NCBI GenBank assembly: GCA_021463465.1
Contig: JAJTYH010000003.1
Span: 75,869-139,868 of the forward strand
Reading direction: 5' to 3'
Length of the DNA stretch: 64,000 nucleotides
Source of the DNA: a bacterium
GTDB lineage: Bacteria > Patescibacteriota > Dojkabacteria > SC72
Positions 18,367-27,464 of the stretch are shown here, piece by piece. Under the pieces are notes generated by a model. It had not been told where the DNA came from. It saw nothing but the letters and a program-made list of their open reading frames with translations, and searched no databases. How positions within the stretch are numbered: position 1 is the first letter of the stretch; each line of letters starts with the position of its first letter. Made by a program: the position numbers and the translations under genes.

Positions 18367-18702
18367 ATGTTACCAAAAAAACATAGACTCCCAGCGAAAG
18401 AATTTCCTAAGGTATATAAAAACGGTATTAAGTCTAAAGGGACTTATGGAATGCTCATAGCTCTTCCCTCCTTAGAAACTGAACCTAGATTTGGTTTTGT
18501 TGTTTCTAAAAAGATTGGTAATGCAGTAAAACGTCATAATATGACTCGTAGACTCAGATATATCTCAATGGATTTGTCAAAGAAGTACGAAGTGAAAAAA
18601 CTCTCTTTTCAATATGTGGCATTCCAGTTTCCAGAAAACTTTTCTGACTTAAGAGACGAATTTGAAAAGCAATTAAGAACACTTACTCACAAGAATGGTT
18701 AG
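18367..18702 (+). CDS. rnpA: Ribonuclease P protein component
   Basis: KKHRL...FGFVVSKKIGNAVKRHNMTRRLR is the RnpA RNR-like motif. Conserved position after rpmH. Confidence 0.85.
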   Translation: MLPKKHRLPAKEFPKVYKNGIKSKGTYGMLIALPSLETEPRFGFVVSKKIGNAVKRHNMTRRLRYISMDLSKKYEVKKLSFQYVAFQFPENFSDLRDEFEKQLRTLTHKNG

Positions 18703-18937
18703 ATGGTTGGTACTTAAATTAATAAGGTTGTATCAACATACGCTCTCGTACGATCACGGGTATCTAGGCCGACTTTTCCTTAATGTTCGATACTGTCGAT
18801 TTACCCCATCCTGCTCTATGTATACTTACAATGCAATCGATAAGTATGGTGTGATTAAAGGGTTAACATTGGGTCTTAATCGTTTTGCTAAATGTCACAC
18901 AGGAACGCCTATGGGCACATACGATCCAGTAAAATAG
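18695..18937 (+). CDS. yidD: Membrane protein insertion efficiency factor YidD
   Basis: CRFTPSCSMY...G...GLNRFAKCHTG matches the YidD signature. Overlaps the rnpA end. Confidence 0.85.
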   Translation: MVRWLVLKLIRLYQHTLSYDHGYLGRLFLNVRYCRFTPSCSMYTYNAIDKYGVIKGLTLGLNRFAKCHTGTPMGTYDPVK

Positions 18938-18997
18938 CCCTTTCTTATTTACCATTACACGTGTATAATCCCCAAAGATAAATCGTTATTATCATAT

Positions 18998-19822
18998 ATG
19001 TTCGCATCCCTTTGGAACGCCCTACTCTTTCATCCTTTTCTTAACCTCTTAACGGTTCTGTACAGAGTCTTGGGTGACAATTTAGGTTGGGCTGTAATTG
19101 TCATTGCAATCTTGATTCGTATTCTGTTGGCACCTGCCATGAGAAGCCAGATGGAGATGTCTAAGAAACTTGCTAGTTTAAGGCCTAAACTTGAGAAGCT
19201 TCAGAAAGAATTTGCCAATAACCAACAAAAATTGGCTGAGGAGCAGATGAAACTGTACAGGGAAAGTGGCTATAACCCTCTTGGTTGCTTTGCTAGTTTT
19301 CTTCCGCAGATTCTTGTGCTTTATGCAATGATTCAGGTCATTAATGTCGTTACTCATAATACTTTTGATGGGCTATATCCTTTTGTGAAGGAGTGGGTCT
19401 TTGGAAGTAGTGCCCCAAGTATGAGCACCGCTTTCTATTTTATTGATTTAACCCAAACCTATACCGCATTGATAGAAGGCGGTAATTACTTCGCTCGTAA
19501 AGCTCTTCCATATCTGATTCTTTCGGTGACGGTTGGTGTGGTTCAGTATTTCTCTACCAAGTTCATGCAAATAATGCAGGGACAGTCAGCTATTAAACCA
19601 GCTAAAGATGGGGAGAAAACTCCAGAACAGATGCAGATGGAAATGCTTAATTCTATGAATGTAATGTTCCCAGCTTTAACTATTTTCATCTCTCTGAGTA
19701 CTCCTGCGGTATTAGGGCTGTACTGGCTAATACAAAGTGTAATGCTCGTTGTCCAGTACTTGTTTATCGACAGAGTTAAGTTTGTAAGTGCCCTAAAGCA
19801 AACTTTCTGGATTAAAAATTAA
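18998..19822 (+). CDS. yidC: Membrane protein insertase YidC (short Gram-positive/reduced-genome type)
   Basis: 274 aa, about 5 TM helices, a conserved GWAVIVIAILIRILLAP helix, and synteny with rnpA-yidD. Confidence 0.8.
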   Translation: MFASLWNALLFHPFLNLLTVLYRVLGDNLGWAVIVIAILIRILLAPAMRSQMEMSKKLASLRPKLEKLQKEFANNQQKLAEEQMKLYRESGYNPLGCFASFLPQILVLYAMIQVINVVTHNTFDGLYPFVKEWVFGSSAPSMSTAFYFIDLTQTYTALIEGGNYFARKALPYLILSVTVGVVQYFSTKFMQIMQGQSAIKPAKDGEKTPEQMQMEMLNSMNVMFPALTIFISLSTPAVLGLYWLIQSVMLVVQYLFIDRVKFVSALKQTFWIKN

Positions 19823-19840
19823 ATTTTATATATTAAAGTA

Positions 19841-20389
19841 ATGGAAAAGAACAAAGTATTGGAGATTGCAAAGGCAGAAGTTGAAAAACTTAAAGAACTT
19901 TTAGGCGTTGACGCTCAAGTGGAGTGTTCGGTTGAGGATGGTGATGAAGGGTATGTCGTTGTAAATGTGGTTTTTGAAGGTGAAGACCTAGGTTACATGA
20001 TTGGTAACCGAGGTGCTCATCTTCAGGCTATGCAGTTTGTACTTTCAAATATCATTAAGACGAAACTTCGAAAGGAAACTAGTGAAGAAGAGATTAAAGT
20101 AACCGTGTTAGTTGATGTAGGTGGTTACAGACAGCAAAGAGCAGACAAGATTGAGGCCTTAGCTATGCAAAAAGCTGATGATGCTAGAATCTTAGGCGAA
20201 CCTGTAGATTTGCTCCCTATGTCTTCTGGAGATCGAAGAATCGTACATACTGTTTTGGGTAAGTTTGACGATCTTAAGACTGAAAGCTTTGGTGATGGCC
20301 GTGATCGTTACGTAAGAATTACCCCTATCTCCGAAAAAGAGCTTGGAGTTGTTTCTTCAAAAGAAGAAGCTTCAGAAACAGAGGAATAG
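19841..20389 (+). CDS. khpB: Jag/KhpB RNA-binding protein (KH + R3H domains)
   Basis: C-terminal R3H motif GDRRIVHTVLGKF. Position after yidC. Confidence 0.75.
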   Translation: MEKNKVLEIAKAEVEKLKELLGVDAQVECSVEDGDEGYVVVNVVFEGEDLGYMIGNRGAHLQAMQFVLSNIIKTKLRKETSEEEIKVTVLVDVGGYRQQRADKIEALAMQKADDARILGEPVDLLPMSSGDRRIVHTVLGKFDDLKTESFGDGRDRYVRITPISEKELGVVSSKEEASETEE

Positions 20390-20405
20390 TTTGATACAAT
20401 AAGGT

Positions 20406-21698
20406 GTGAGAAATATACGTATCCACCTGCCTCTTCTACTCTTTTTACTTTTATCTAGCCTTACGGTTCTATTTCTGAACGATAATCCTGGAAGAGCCTT
20501 GGTTCTGCTAGGTGCTCTATGTATATGGCTATTTTTAGGTTTTAAACTAAAGAGTTTCTCTCTCTCCTCTCTCCTTTTATTACTGTTTACATTCCCTTTT
20601 AATATCACTAAGAATCTGGATTTTTTATCAGATCCATATGTTGATAATGTTTTAGTTAATTTCCTAATTCCTCATCTGTCTATTTTGGATCTTTTCAGTG
20701 TCCTGTCACTCTTTGCTTTTTGGTACGAGGGCAAGTTTGTCCTCCCTCAAAAACAATATATAACCTTTGTTTTGTTACTACTGTTTTCACTAACACTTAA
20801 CTTCAGTTGGCTGAGCGTAATTTCTATCCTTCGAGTTGTTTTATACCTTCAGGCCATTACCATGATAGTTAAAGGATTTGAGAAAGCTTGGTCAGGTCTA
20901 ATATTAAAGGTCTTAGTTGCTGTTGTAGTTATACAAGTCTTTGTAGCTGGATATCAGGTCTTTTACGATAGGGTATTAGGAATTGGGTGGTTGGGAGAAT
21001 CTCAGGTGATTTCCGGGTCAATAGGGTCAAGTTTCTTGAATGTTGGTGAAGAAGTTACGCTTAGAGGGTATGGTACTTTTCCGCATCCTAATGTACTTGC
21101 TGGATTTTTACTATTTAATCTTTTTGCTGGATTACACTACATTAAATCTCAACAAAAGGTTGGATGGTGGTTGGTGGGATTATGTTTTTTAGGATTAATC
21201 CTCACCTTTTCTCGTCTTCATCTGATACTGGGTGTTGTTCTGATACTGACCCTTTTAGTTGAAATTAAAGGGAAAGTATTTTCAATCTTACTGTTTGATC
21301 GATTTGCTCATCTCATTTCGGGCGGGGACGTTTCAGTAAGTGAGAGGGTAATGTTACTTAAATCTTCAATCACAATCATTCAACAAAATCCTTTTGGGAC
21401 GGGATTTGGAATGTTTATTAAAGGCATGGAAGGACTTGCTCCTAGAACCTCTGGTGGCATTCTCTTACTTCAACCTGTGCACAATATTTTAATGCTTTTG
21501 ATCGCGGAAAATGGATGGATAATTGGCTGTTTACTCTTTTTGTACCTTCTCTACTTCTGGTTTATGTGTCTCGTAAAAAGGTATAAAGGAATGTTGGGAA
21601 TTATGGCTTTTTTATCAGTAATTCTAATAGCAATGTCCGACCATTACTTTTTAACTGTGCCTCAAGGAATAATGCTTTTGCTTCTAACGATAATCTAA
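20406..21698 (+). CDS. Polytopic membrane protein, possible O-antigen ligase/polymerase (Wzy_C)-like
   Basis: 430 aa with at least 10 hydrophobic helices and a larger loop in the C-terminal third. Assignment is by topology only. Confidence 0.3.
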   Translation: MRNIRIHLPLLLFLLLSSLTVLFLNDNPGRALVLLGALCIWLFLGFKLKSFSLSSLLLLLFTFPFNITKNLDFLSDPYVDNVLVNFLIPHLSILDLFSVLSLFAFWYEGKFVLPQKQYITFVLLLLFSLTLNFSWLSVISILRVVLYLQAITMIVKGFEKAWSGLILKVLVAVVVIQVFVAGYQVFYDRVLGIGWLGESQVISGSIGSSFLNVGEEVTLRGYGTFPHPNVLAGFLLFNLFAGLHYIKSQQKVGWWLVGLCFLGLILTFSRLHLILGVVLILTLLVEIKGKVFSILLFDRFAHLISGGDVSVSERVMLLKSSITIIQQNPFGTGFGMFIKGMEGLAPRTSGGILLLQPVHNILMLLIAENGWIIGCLLFLYLLYFWFMCLVKRYKGMLGIMAFLSVILIAMSDHYFLTVPQGIMLLLLTII

Positions 21699-22765
21699 TT
21701 ACCGTAAGCCTCTGATCTATGCTTTTCTATTACGTCTATGACCATTTGTATAGCCTCTTGGTCGCTCTTAGCCATAAGGGTAAAGGCTGAAGCTCCTTTG
21801 TGCCCGCCGCCGCCAAATTGCCTTGAGAATACCGTAGTGTCAATCCCTGCCTCTGCCCTCATAGAACCCTTATACCTTTTAAGTTCTTCTTCACCATTTT
21901 CGTCCTGTCTTCCGTACTCATAAAATACAATAAATCCCCATACAGCTTTTCCGGATGATCGTAATCGACTGTCTATAAAGTAATGGTAGACTGCATCTAC
22001 TAAAGCAGGATTCAGATCCTTTTTATTATCTTTAAAAAACTTCTGTGAGATGTAGGTATAATTATAATCATCTGTACATACGAAATTGTTCGTCATTTCA
22101 GTATAGATTCTCATCCCGACCTCATCAATTCTTGATAGTGCATTAAGTATTTTTTCGATATCAACGCCTGCCTCAACCATATCTGCGGCAACGGAAAATG
22201 TTTGTCTTGGATGCTTTACTTTATTTTTGAAACTCCCAGTATCTGTGACAATTCCAGTTATTACGGCCGTTTCATAACCTTCGTATGGTTTAAGGTTTAA
22301 AGCTTTAATAAGGTGAGTGTAGATAGATTCAGATGTAGAAGCTTCGCCATAGTTCATATACAAATCGCACTCATCAATGTCTACTTCTTCATGGTGATCG
22401 ATAATAACGAGTTTAATTTTATTTGTAGATATTTGATTTTTAAGTGCAGGTCCGTCCGTTATTGAAACTCTTTTCCAGTTCATTCCATCAACTAGAAAAA
22501 CTAGGTCAGGTTTGAAAGTTTCTAATGCTTGGATGGCCATGCCTGTGCCGACAATCTCCAAATTCTTTAAAAAAGAGTAGTGAGAGGTGATTTCCCCTTC
22601 TATGTTAGAAGTGATTTCCTTGTCAGGATAATTATCTCTTAAGAGTGTATGAAGTAAAACGGTACTTGATACTGCATCGGGGTCTGGTCGAGTATGTGTG
22701 ACAATTAAAATTCGCTTAGAATTATTGAGCAATTGCTCGAGAAGTTTAATATCGTTTTTAACCAT
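21695..22765 (-). CDS. nrnA: DHH/DHHA1 phosphoesterase (NrnA-like oligoribonuclease/pAp phosphatase)
   Basis: ILIVTHTRPDPDAVSS, IIDHHE (DHH) and GGGGHKGASAF (DHHA1 GGGH) motifs. Confidence 0.75.
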   Translation of the reverse strand: MVKNDIKLLEQLLNNSKRILIVTHTRPDPDAVSSTVLLHTLLRDNYPDKEITSNIEGEITSHYSFLKNLEIVGTGMAIQALETFKPDLVFLVDGMNWKRVSITDGPALKNQISTNKIKLVIIDHHEEVDIDECDLYMNYGEASTSESIYTHLIKALNLKPYEGYETAVITGIVTDTGSFKNKVKHPRQTFSVAADMVEAGVDIEKILNALSRIDEVGMRIYTEMTNNFVCTDDYNYTYISQKFFKDNKKDLNPALVDAVYHYFIDSRLRSSGKAVWGFIVFYEYGRQDENGEEELKRYKGSMRAEAGIDTTVFSRQFGGGGHKGASAFTLMAKSDQEAIQMVIDVIEKHRSEAYGN

Positions 22766-22815
22766 CTTTTAGTGATAGAATATAAGCACTGTAATTATAT
22801 TGCAATTTTATTGTT

Positions 22816-23202
22816 ATGGGAAATAAGCAGAGTTTCTTTAGAAGTTTTTTGATTGCGTCTCGTGGTTTAATGCACGGGTTGCTTCAGGAGCGTAATTCAC
22901 GTATTCAGATTGTGGTAGCAATTATTGTAATGACGTTTTCTCTTTTTTTGGACCTTTCTAATTTGGAATACGTTCTGATTTCAGCTCTTTGCTTCTTTGT
23001 AATTATCCTTGAGCTTATAAATACCAGTATTGAGAAGCTGCTTGACGTGATTTATCCTAAGCAGAACCCTGAGATTGGGTTAGTAAAAGATATTATGTCG
23101 GGAGTTGTACTTCTTGGCGCCCTACTCTCAGTAATTATCGGTATTGTGGTCTTGAAGGATCCTACGATAAGTTTGTTTAAACAAATACTAGAGACTTTTT
23201 AA
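22816..23202 (+). CDS. dgkA: Diacylglycerol/undecaprenol kinase family (DgkA)
   Basis: 128 aa, 3 TM helices, ERNSRIQ and ELINTSIEKLLD acidic motifs. Confidence 0.7.
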   Translation: MGNKQSFFRSFLIASRGLMHGLLQERNSRIQIVVAIIVMTFSLFLDLSNLEYVLISALCFFVIILELINTSIEKLLDVIYPKQNPEIGLVKDIMSGVVLLGALLSVIIGIVVLKDPTISLFKQILETF

Positions 23203-23651
23203 AAGGTGTACTCTTCTGAAGTTCCTTTTCCCAGGAGTTTTTCGTTAAGAAACTTCATGTAACTGGGTTTGATTCTGTACATCTCTCGATGATTAGGGCT
23301 GTCGATCACGTCTTCGGGCTTAACTATCCAATCGGGAAACTTTTGTTGTATGGCTTTAGCTCCAACCTCTATCTCCTCAGGGGAAGTAACTTGTGATGTT
23401 TTACCCGTGCCTTGAATTGAACATCTGTCGCCGTCGGTCTCAGCGTTATATGATGCCACCGTGAAGGCAACTTTCGCTTGTTTTTTGATATGGAGGCAAT
23501 GGTTGGTAGTTTTCTTGGATACAAAATACAGATTCATTTCTGCGTCTACACCGAAATATACATTGCTAATCCAAGGTAAATCTTTGTCGTCAGTCGTAGC
23601 AAGGGCAAGTAGCTTTATCTTTTTAAGAAAGTCTAACAAATCTTCTCTCAT
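23199..23651 (-). CDS. Pyridoxamine 5'-phosphate oxidase-like FMN-binding split-barrel protein
   Basis: N-terminal LLALATTDDKDLPWISNVYFGVD...LYFVS pattern typical of the PNPOx/general-stress-26 family. Confidence 0.55.
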   Translation of the reverse strand: MREDLLDFLKKIKLLALATTDDKDLPWISNVYFGVDAEMNLYFVSKKTTNHCLHIKKQAKVAFTVASYNAETDGDRCSIQGTGKTSQVTSPEEIEVGAKAIQQKFPDWIVKPEDVIDSPNHREMYRIKPSYMKFLNEKLLGKGTSEEYTF

Positions 23652-23659
23652 GCTTTATA

Positions 23660-24034
23660 TCAATACACTTTACTCCTTTTCGCTACCTCGTCAATTCTGA
23701 AAATTGCAGCTTTTTCGATAAGATTGTACGGTATGGGATTCTTCAGAAGGAACTTCAAAGTAGATTTAGATGATCTGTAAGGTTCAATGTCTTCTCTAAA
23801 ATCAGCATCTCCTTCTGGCGTCGGATACATACCTATATGAGTCTTCCAAGCTCCGAAGTATAGACTATACTTTCCATTGGTTTTGTAACAGATTATTTGG
23901 TAACTGATTGCAAATTCACCCCCTGGTGCAACATTCCTGATAGTATCCTGAATTTTACGCAAAATCTCTTGAACACTTTTAGTTTGTCTTAAGATGTATT
24001 CTTCAACGGTTGGTGTTACTACTTTCTTATCCAT
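23660..24034 (-). CDS. DUF1801 (YdhG-like) domain protein
   Basis: Pattern ...IRNVAPGGEFAISYQIICYKTNGKYSLYFGAWKTHIGMYP resembles DUF1801 family members. Confidence 0.45.
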   Translation of the reverse strand: MDKKVVTPTVEEYILRQTKSVQEILRKIQDTIRNVAPGGEFAISYQIICYKTNGKYSLYFGAWKTHIGMYPTPEGDADFREDIEPYRSSKSTLKFLLKNPIPYNLIEKAAIFRIDEVAKRSKVY

Positions 24035-24458
24035 TTTTCTCGTTTTGAATTAAACCTGGAAACTTTTCCGCGAGCTTCAGAACGGTTTTTAAAGTATCTA
24101 GGTTTAGATCTTCTACATTTTTGAATCGGATACAGCTTTTTCCTACATTTACCTTTCCTAATTCTTTCTTATACTTTTCTGCAATGTACTCTTTCCCTTC
24201 TACTGCGCAAATATAAATACTAATGTAGTTTTTCTGGCTAGCAATCGAAACTACTGGCCAATTAATAATCTCTTTTTTGTAATTCTTATACTTAAATGAA
24301 CCGTAACCAGGCATGTTGTATCCAAATTCTGGTTTGAGTCCTGGAGCATTCTCCTTTATGAATTGGTCTATGAAGGCCATAGGCGCTCTTCTTTCAATAG
24401 GTAATTGCGCAAAATATTCTTCATTGGTCTTAGCATTAATTGGTTTAAACATGTTCAT
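24027..24458 (-). CDS. DUF1801-like protein (tandem paralog)
   Basis: Similar length and architecture, with an ...INWPVVSIASQKNYISIY... core. Overlaps the neighbour by 8 nt. Confidence 0.35.
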   Translation of the reverse strand: MNMFKPINAKTNEEYFAQLPIERRAPMAFIDQFIKENAPGLKPEFGYNMPGYGSFKYKNYKKEIINWPVVSIASQKNYISIYICAVEGKEYIAEKYKKELGKVNVGKSCIRFKNVEDLNLDTLKTVLKLAEKFPGLIQNEKNG

Positions 24459-24612
24459 AGTATTGAGACTGTTAAATTACTTCTTTTATTATACTTCCTT
24501 TGTTTGAAGTTTTCCTTATCTGACGGAATTCCTCGCCCCTCCTTCTACTCACTTGTGATTAATCTGGAGCTGGGAGGATAGTATGAAATTTTCGTTGCCG
24601 CCATTTTTGCGA

Positions 24613-25272
24613 CTAAATCCCTATTCTATTGCTCGCCGATGCCGATCCAAGCCAAGTATGCGGATTTCCGTCCCAGCACCAGCCTAAGTTTGGTTCTTTC
24701 TTTGAGTTGATCCAAATTGCTGGTACTCGTTGGTCTTTTCCGGTACGGGATGCTAATAATGAAAAGCAGTTGTTTTTGATTAAAAACTCTGGGAAATGTG
24801 TAATAATGGCAATTCCCTCATTAATTGTGAGCGGTGAACGCTTTGTTTTCTTAATTAGCTTCATTGCTTCACTTGGAGGCAGATTGATATTTTCTTTTCC
24901 CCTATCTATATTGAGTAAAAGGTAAGCTTTACTTTCAGGCACGGTAATTTCATCAATTGTTTTGAAATCTTGTGAGATATGAGGCCGTAAAATCGTTACG
25001 CCCTGCTTTCCATTTTGTTCAGTAAGTGACATTGCTTTTTCAGAAGAGACCAACTCATTTCTTATGACAATAACAAAAGGGAGGTGACCCTTTTCGAGAT
25101 TCACTTCTGGTAGAGCAAGTTGGTCAAGTTGATCTTTTAGTGGTGTAATATATTCTAAGAATTCTTCTTTTGGAAGGTCGCAGATTTTATGGTAATCGTG
25201 TTTTAGTAAGTTTGCGACTTGACGGTCAAATTCTTGTTTTAATTGTGTCAGAGATAATTCTTTCATAGACAA
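24613..25272 (-). CDS. Hypothetical protein (219 aa) with a Trp/Cys-containing C-terminal motif
   Basis: No recognised domain. C-terminus PAIWINSKKEPNLGWCWDGNPHTWLGSAS. Confidence 0.3.
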   Translation of the reverse strand: MSMKELSLTQLKQEFDRQVANLLKHDYHKICDLPKEEFLEYITPLKDQLDQLALPEVNLEKGHLPFVIVIRNELVSSEKAMSLTEQNGKQGVTILRPHISQDFKTIDEITVPESKAYLLLNIDRGKENINLPPSEAMKLIKKTKRSPLTINEGIAIITHFPEFLIKNNCFSLLASRTGKDQRVPAIWINSKKEPNLGWCWDGNPHTWLGSASASNRIGI

Positions 25273-25403
25273 TTGATTTCAATAAATCTTCGACGAAAAC
25301 TCTAGCACCTGGCATTACCTTTATTCAAAAGGTTCGAATTTTCTGCAAAAAAAACGTTGAATGAGCTAGCGTCACTCACGAACCAAATATATCATTTCCT
25401 AAC

Positions 25404-25493
25404 TGGCGGAGAGACGGGGATTCGAACCCCGGGTACGGTTTCCCATACGCACGCTTTCCAAGCGTGTCCATTCGGCCTCTCTGGCATCTCTCC
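25404..25493 (-). tRNA. tRNA-Ser (anticodon GGA), 90 nt, long variable arm, encoded CCA
   Basis: Reverse complement GGAGAGATGCCAGAGAGGCCGAATGGACACGCTTGGAAAGCGTGCGTATGGGAAACCGTACCCGGGGTTCGAATCCCCGTCTCTCCGCCA. Anticodon loop TTGGAAA. Confidence 0.85.
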
Positions 25494-25535
25494 AAACTTT
25501 TGGATTATATCTTAATATGGGGATTCCTAGAAGTA

Positions 25536-27464
25536 TTACTCTGCTTTGAGTTCTTCCACTATGACAAAGATTCGACCCTGTCTACTAGGGAAATATCGAA
25601 GCCACTCTGGGAAATATTCAGGTAAGAACTCTGCCTGATTATCTTGCGCTGTAAATTTCTGAGCATTTAAGATTCCCAGACCTTCGCTCCACCCTTTTCC
25701 TTTTAATTGAGCTATTAAGCCGTCTTGATCAATCTCTGGCTGAATGTTGGAAGAAGCCGTTACCCTTACCTTTATACTATCTTTTTTGAGCTCGGTTATC
25801 TTAATTTCTTTAGTGATATTTTCATCGAGTGAAAGCTGATCTGAGCCAGAATCATTAAAGAGGTTTTGGTCATTGGCAGCTTTAGTCAGCATTTCTCCTA
25901 CTGCATTATCAATCTGGCTCTTTTGGAAGAAAAGGGCTGAAGATTTAATTTTTATTGAGACATTAACTAAGTCAGCTTCTGCTCCAATTGGGACATCAGT
26001 TTGAGCCTCGCCATCCAAATCACTCTTAAGACTTTTATCTACAATCTCCCATTCACTATCAATCTTAGATTTAAGTTCTCCTTCAGCCTCAGCAATTAAA
26101 TTCTTCTTGAGATCGTTTACAACTTTATCCACGTCAGCCTTCGACAAAACTGTATAAGGGGTTTTAGACCCACCCTCAAATGGTTCTGCATTTCCTCCGC
26201 TCATTTGATCCGATGTATATCCCTTAATTGTAAAATATTGTCCTGCTGCTAAGTTGTATTCCTCTCCTACTGCTAATGCTCTCACAGGCGCATCTACTAT
26301 TATGTCCCCTCCCTCTCCGACAACTGTTTCTGTAGTGATTTCAAATTTTAGTCCTGTTTGTGACGTTGCCACTGTTCCAGCTTTTAGTGTTGCAATCTGG
26401 TTCCCATTTAAAACAAAATCGTAGTATGTAATTTGAACTACGCCTTCCGCTTTTGTTCCCTTATATCCAGTTCCAGTGGCTTTGGTACTATTAGAAGCAC
26501 TCTTCTCCACTTCTTCCTTCTTTACTGGTACGGTTCCCTTCTCTACGCTAAATTCTGCAGTCTTTAAGTCTCCTGCGAATACTTTCTCAATTGACACATT
26601 CTTGCTCTCAACAAATATTTTCACTTTGACTAGAGGTAGCAATGAATACATTAGCCAAGATGCCAATGCGAGTACTGCCAGTAGCCCAATTCCAAGTTTC
26701 GCCCATAAGCCTTTAGCGTTGGAGGAAAGATTCAATTTAGGAATCTTAAATGTCGGAAATACAAATCCAGCTTTTGGCTGCTTTGTGGGTGCAGTCGCGG
26801 TATCTGTTTCTGCTTTCTTGGCCTCCTTAAAATTTCTACCTATCATGCTGGGGGCTTCTTCTCCAGCTATATCTTGGTCGAGTGCAAAGACAATTCCATT
26901 TTCTTGGATGACCTTTTTCTTGTTGTCTATTCCCTGTTTAGACTTGTCTAAAGCTTCTTCGATGGTTTTCTGAAATTCGCTCTTGGAATCTTTAATCTCT
27001 TCGGGTGGTTTGATAGTTAATGGTATAGCTTCAACTTTGGCCTCGCTTGTTTGGGCTTCTTGTTTTTCGCTCTTTTTTTGGGCTTTTACCGCGTTAGTTC
27101 TCTTTAAGTTCTCTTCCTTAAGCTGTACTCGATTGTTCATCCCTACCTCAGCCTGCTCCCAGAAACTGTCAATTATTGAACCACTGGTTTGGGTTACAGT
27201 CATGCCAGCTTCTTTAGCGTTACGGATACCAATTGGATCTTGGATTATTAAGGTAATCAATGGTTTCTTGAGGTCATCGGCAATATCCTGTACTACCTTG
27301 AGATTAATAGGGCTAATTAAAATATCAGAAGGTTCAGCAAAGGTTAGGATAATGCGGTGGGCCTTGGTTTTTTCGATTTCCTTGAGAATATCAACCAACT
27401 CGTCTTCAGGTGAGACAATGATTTTCTCAATCTCTAAACTTTCAGTAACGGCTTCTTTATTCAT
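25536..27464 (-). CDS. Hypothetical bitopic membrane protein (642 aa): ~260-aa cytoplasmic N-domain, one TM, ~360-aa extracytoplasmic domain
   Basis: TM helix GLWAKLGIGLLAVLALASWLMYSLL and a low-complexity K/E/A linker. Its start codon overlaps the stop of the upstream ftsA-like gene (ATGA at 27464). Confidence 0.3.
   Translation of the reverse strand: MNKEAVTESLEIEKIIVSPEDELVDILKEIEKTKAHRIILTFAEPSDILISPINLKVVQDIADDLKKPLITLIIQDPIGIRNAKEAGMTVTQTSGSIIDSFWEQAEVGMNNRVQLKEENLKRTNAVKAQKKSEKQEAQTSEAKVEAIPLTIKPPEEIKDSKSEFQKTIEEALDKSKQGIDNKKKVIQENGIVFALDQDIAGEEAPSMIGRNFKEAKKAETDTATAPTKQPKAGFVFPTFKIPKLNLSSNAKGLWAKLGIGLLAVLALASWLMYSLLPLVKVKIFVESKNVSIEKVFAGDLKTAEFSVEKGTVPVKKEEVEKSASNSTKATGTGYKGTKAEGVVQITYYDFVLNGNQIATLKAGTVATSQTGLKFEITTETVVGEGGDIIVDAPVRALAVGEEYNLAAGQYFTIKGYTSDQMSGGNAEPFEGGSKTPYTVLSKADVDKVVNDLKKNLIAEAEGELKSKIDSEWEIVDKSLKSDLDGEAQTDVPIGAEADLVNVSIKIKSSALFFQKSQIDNAVGEMLTKAANDQNLFNDSGSDQLSLDENITKEIKITELKKDSIKVRVTASSNIQPEIDQDGLIAQLKGKGWSEGLGILNAQKFTAQDNQAEFLPEYFPEWLRYFPSRQGRIFVIVEELKAE

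Noticed and set aside
24459-24612. GC-rich imperfect inverted repeat (CCTCGCCCCTCC ... GGAGCTGGGAGGA) as a terminator or ncRNA
   Set aside because: The pairing is poor and there is no adjacent T-run on either strand. It cannot be supported as a structured element.
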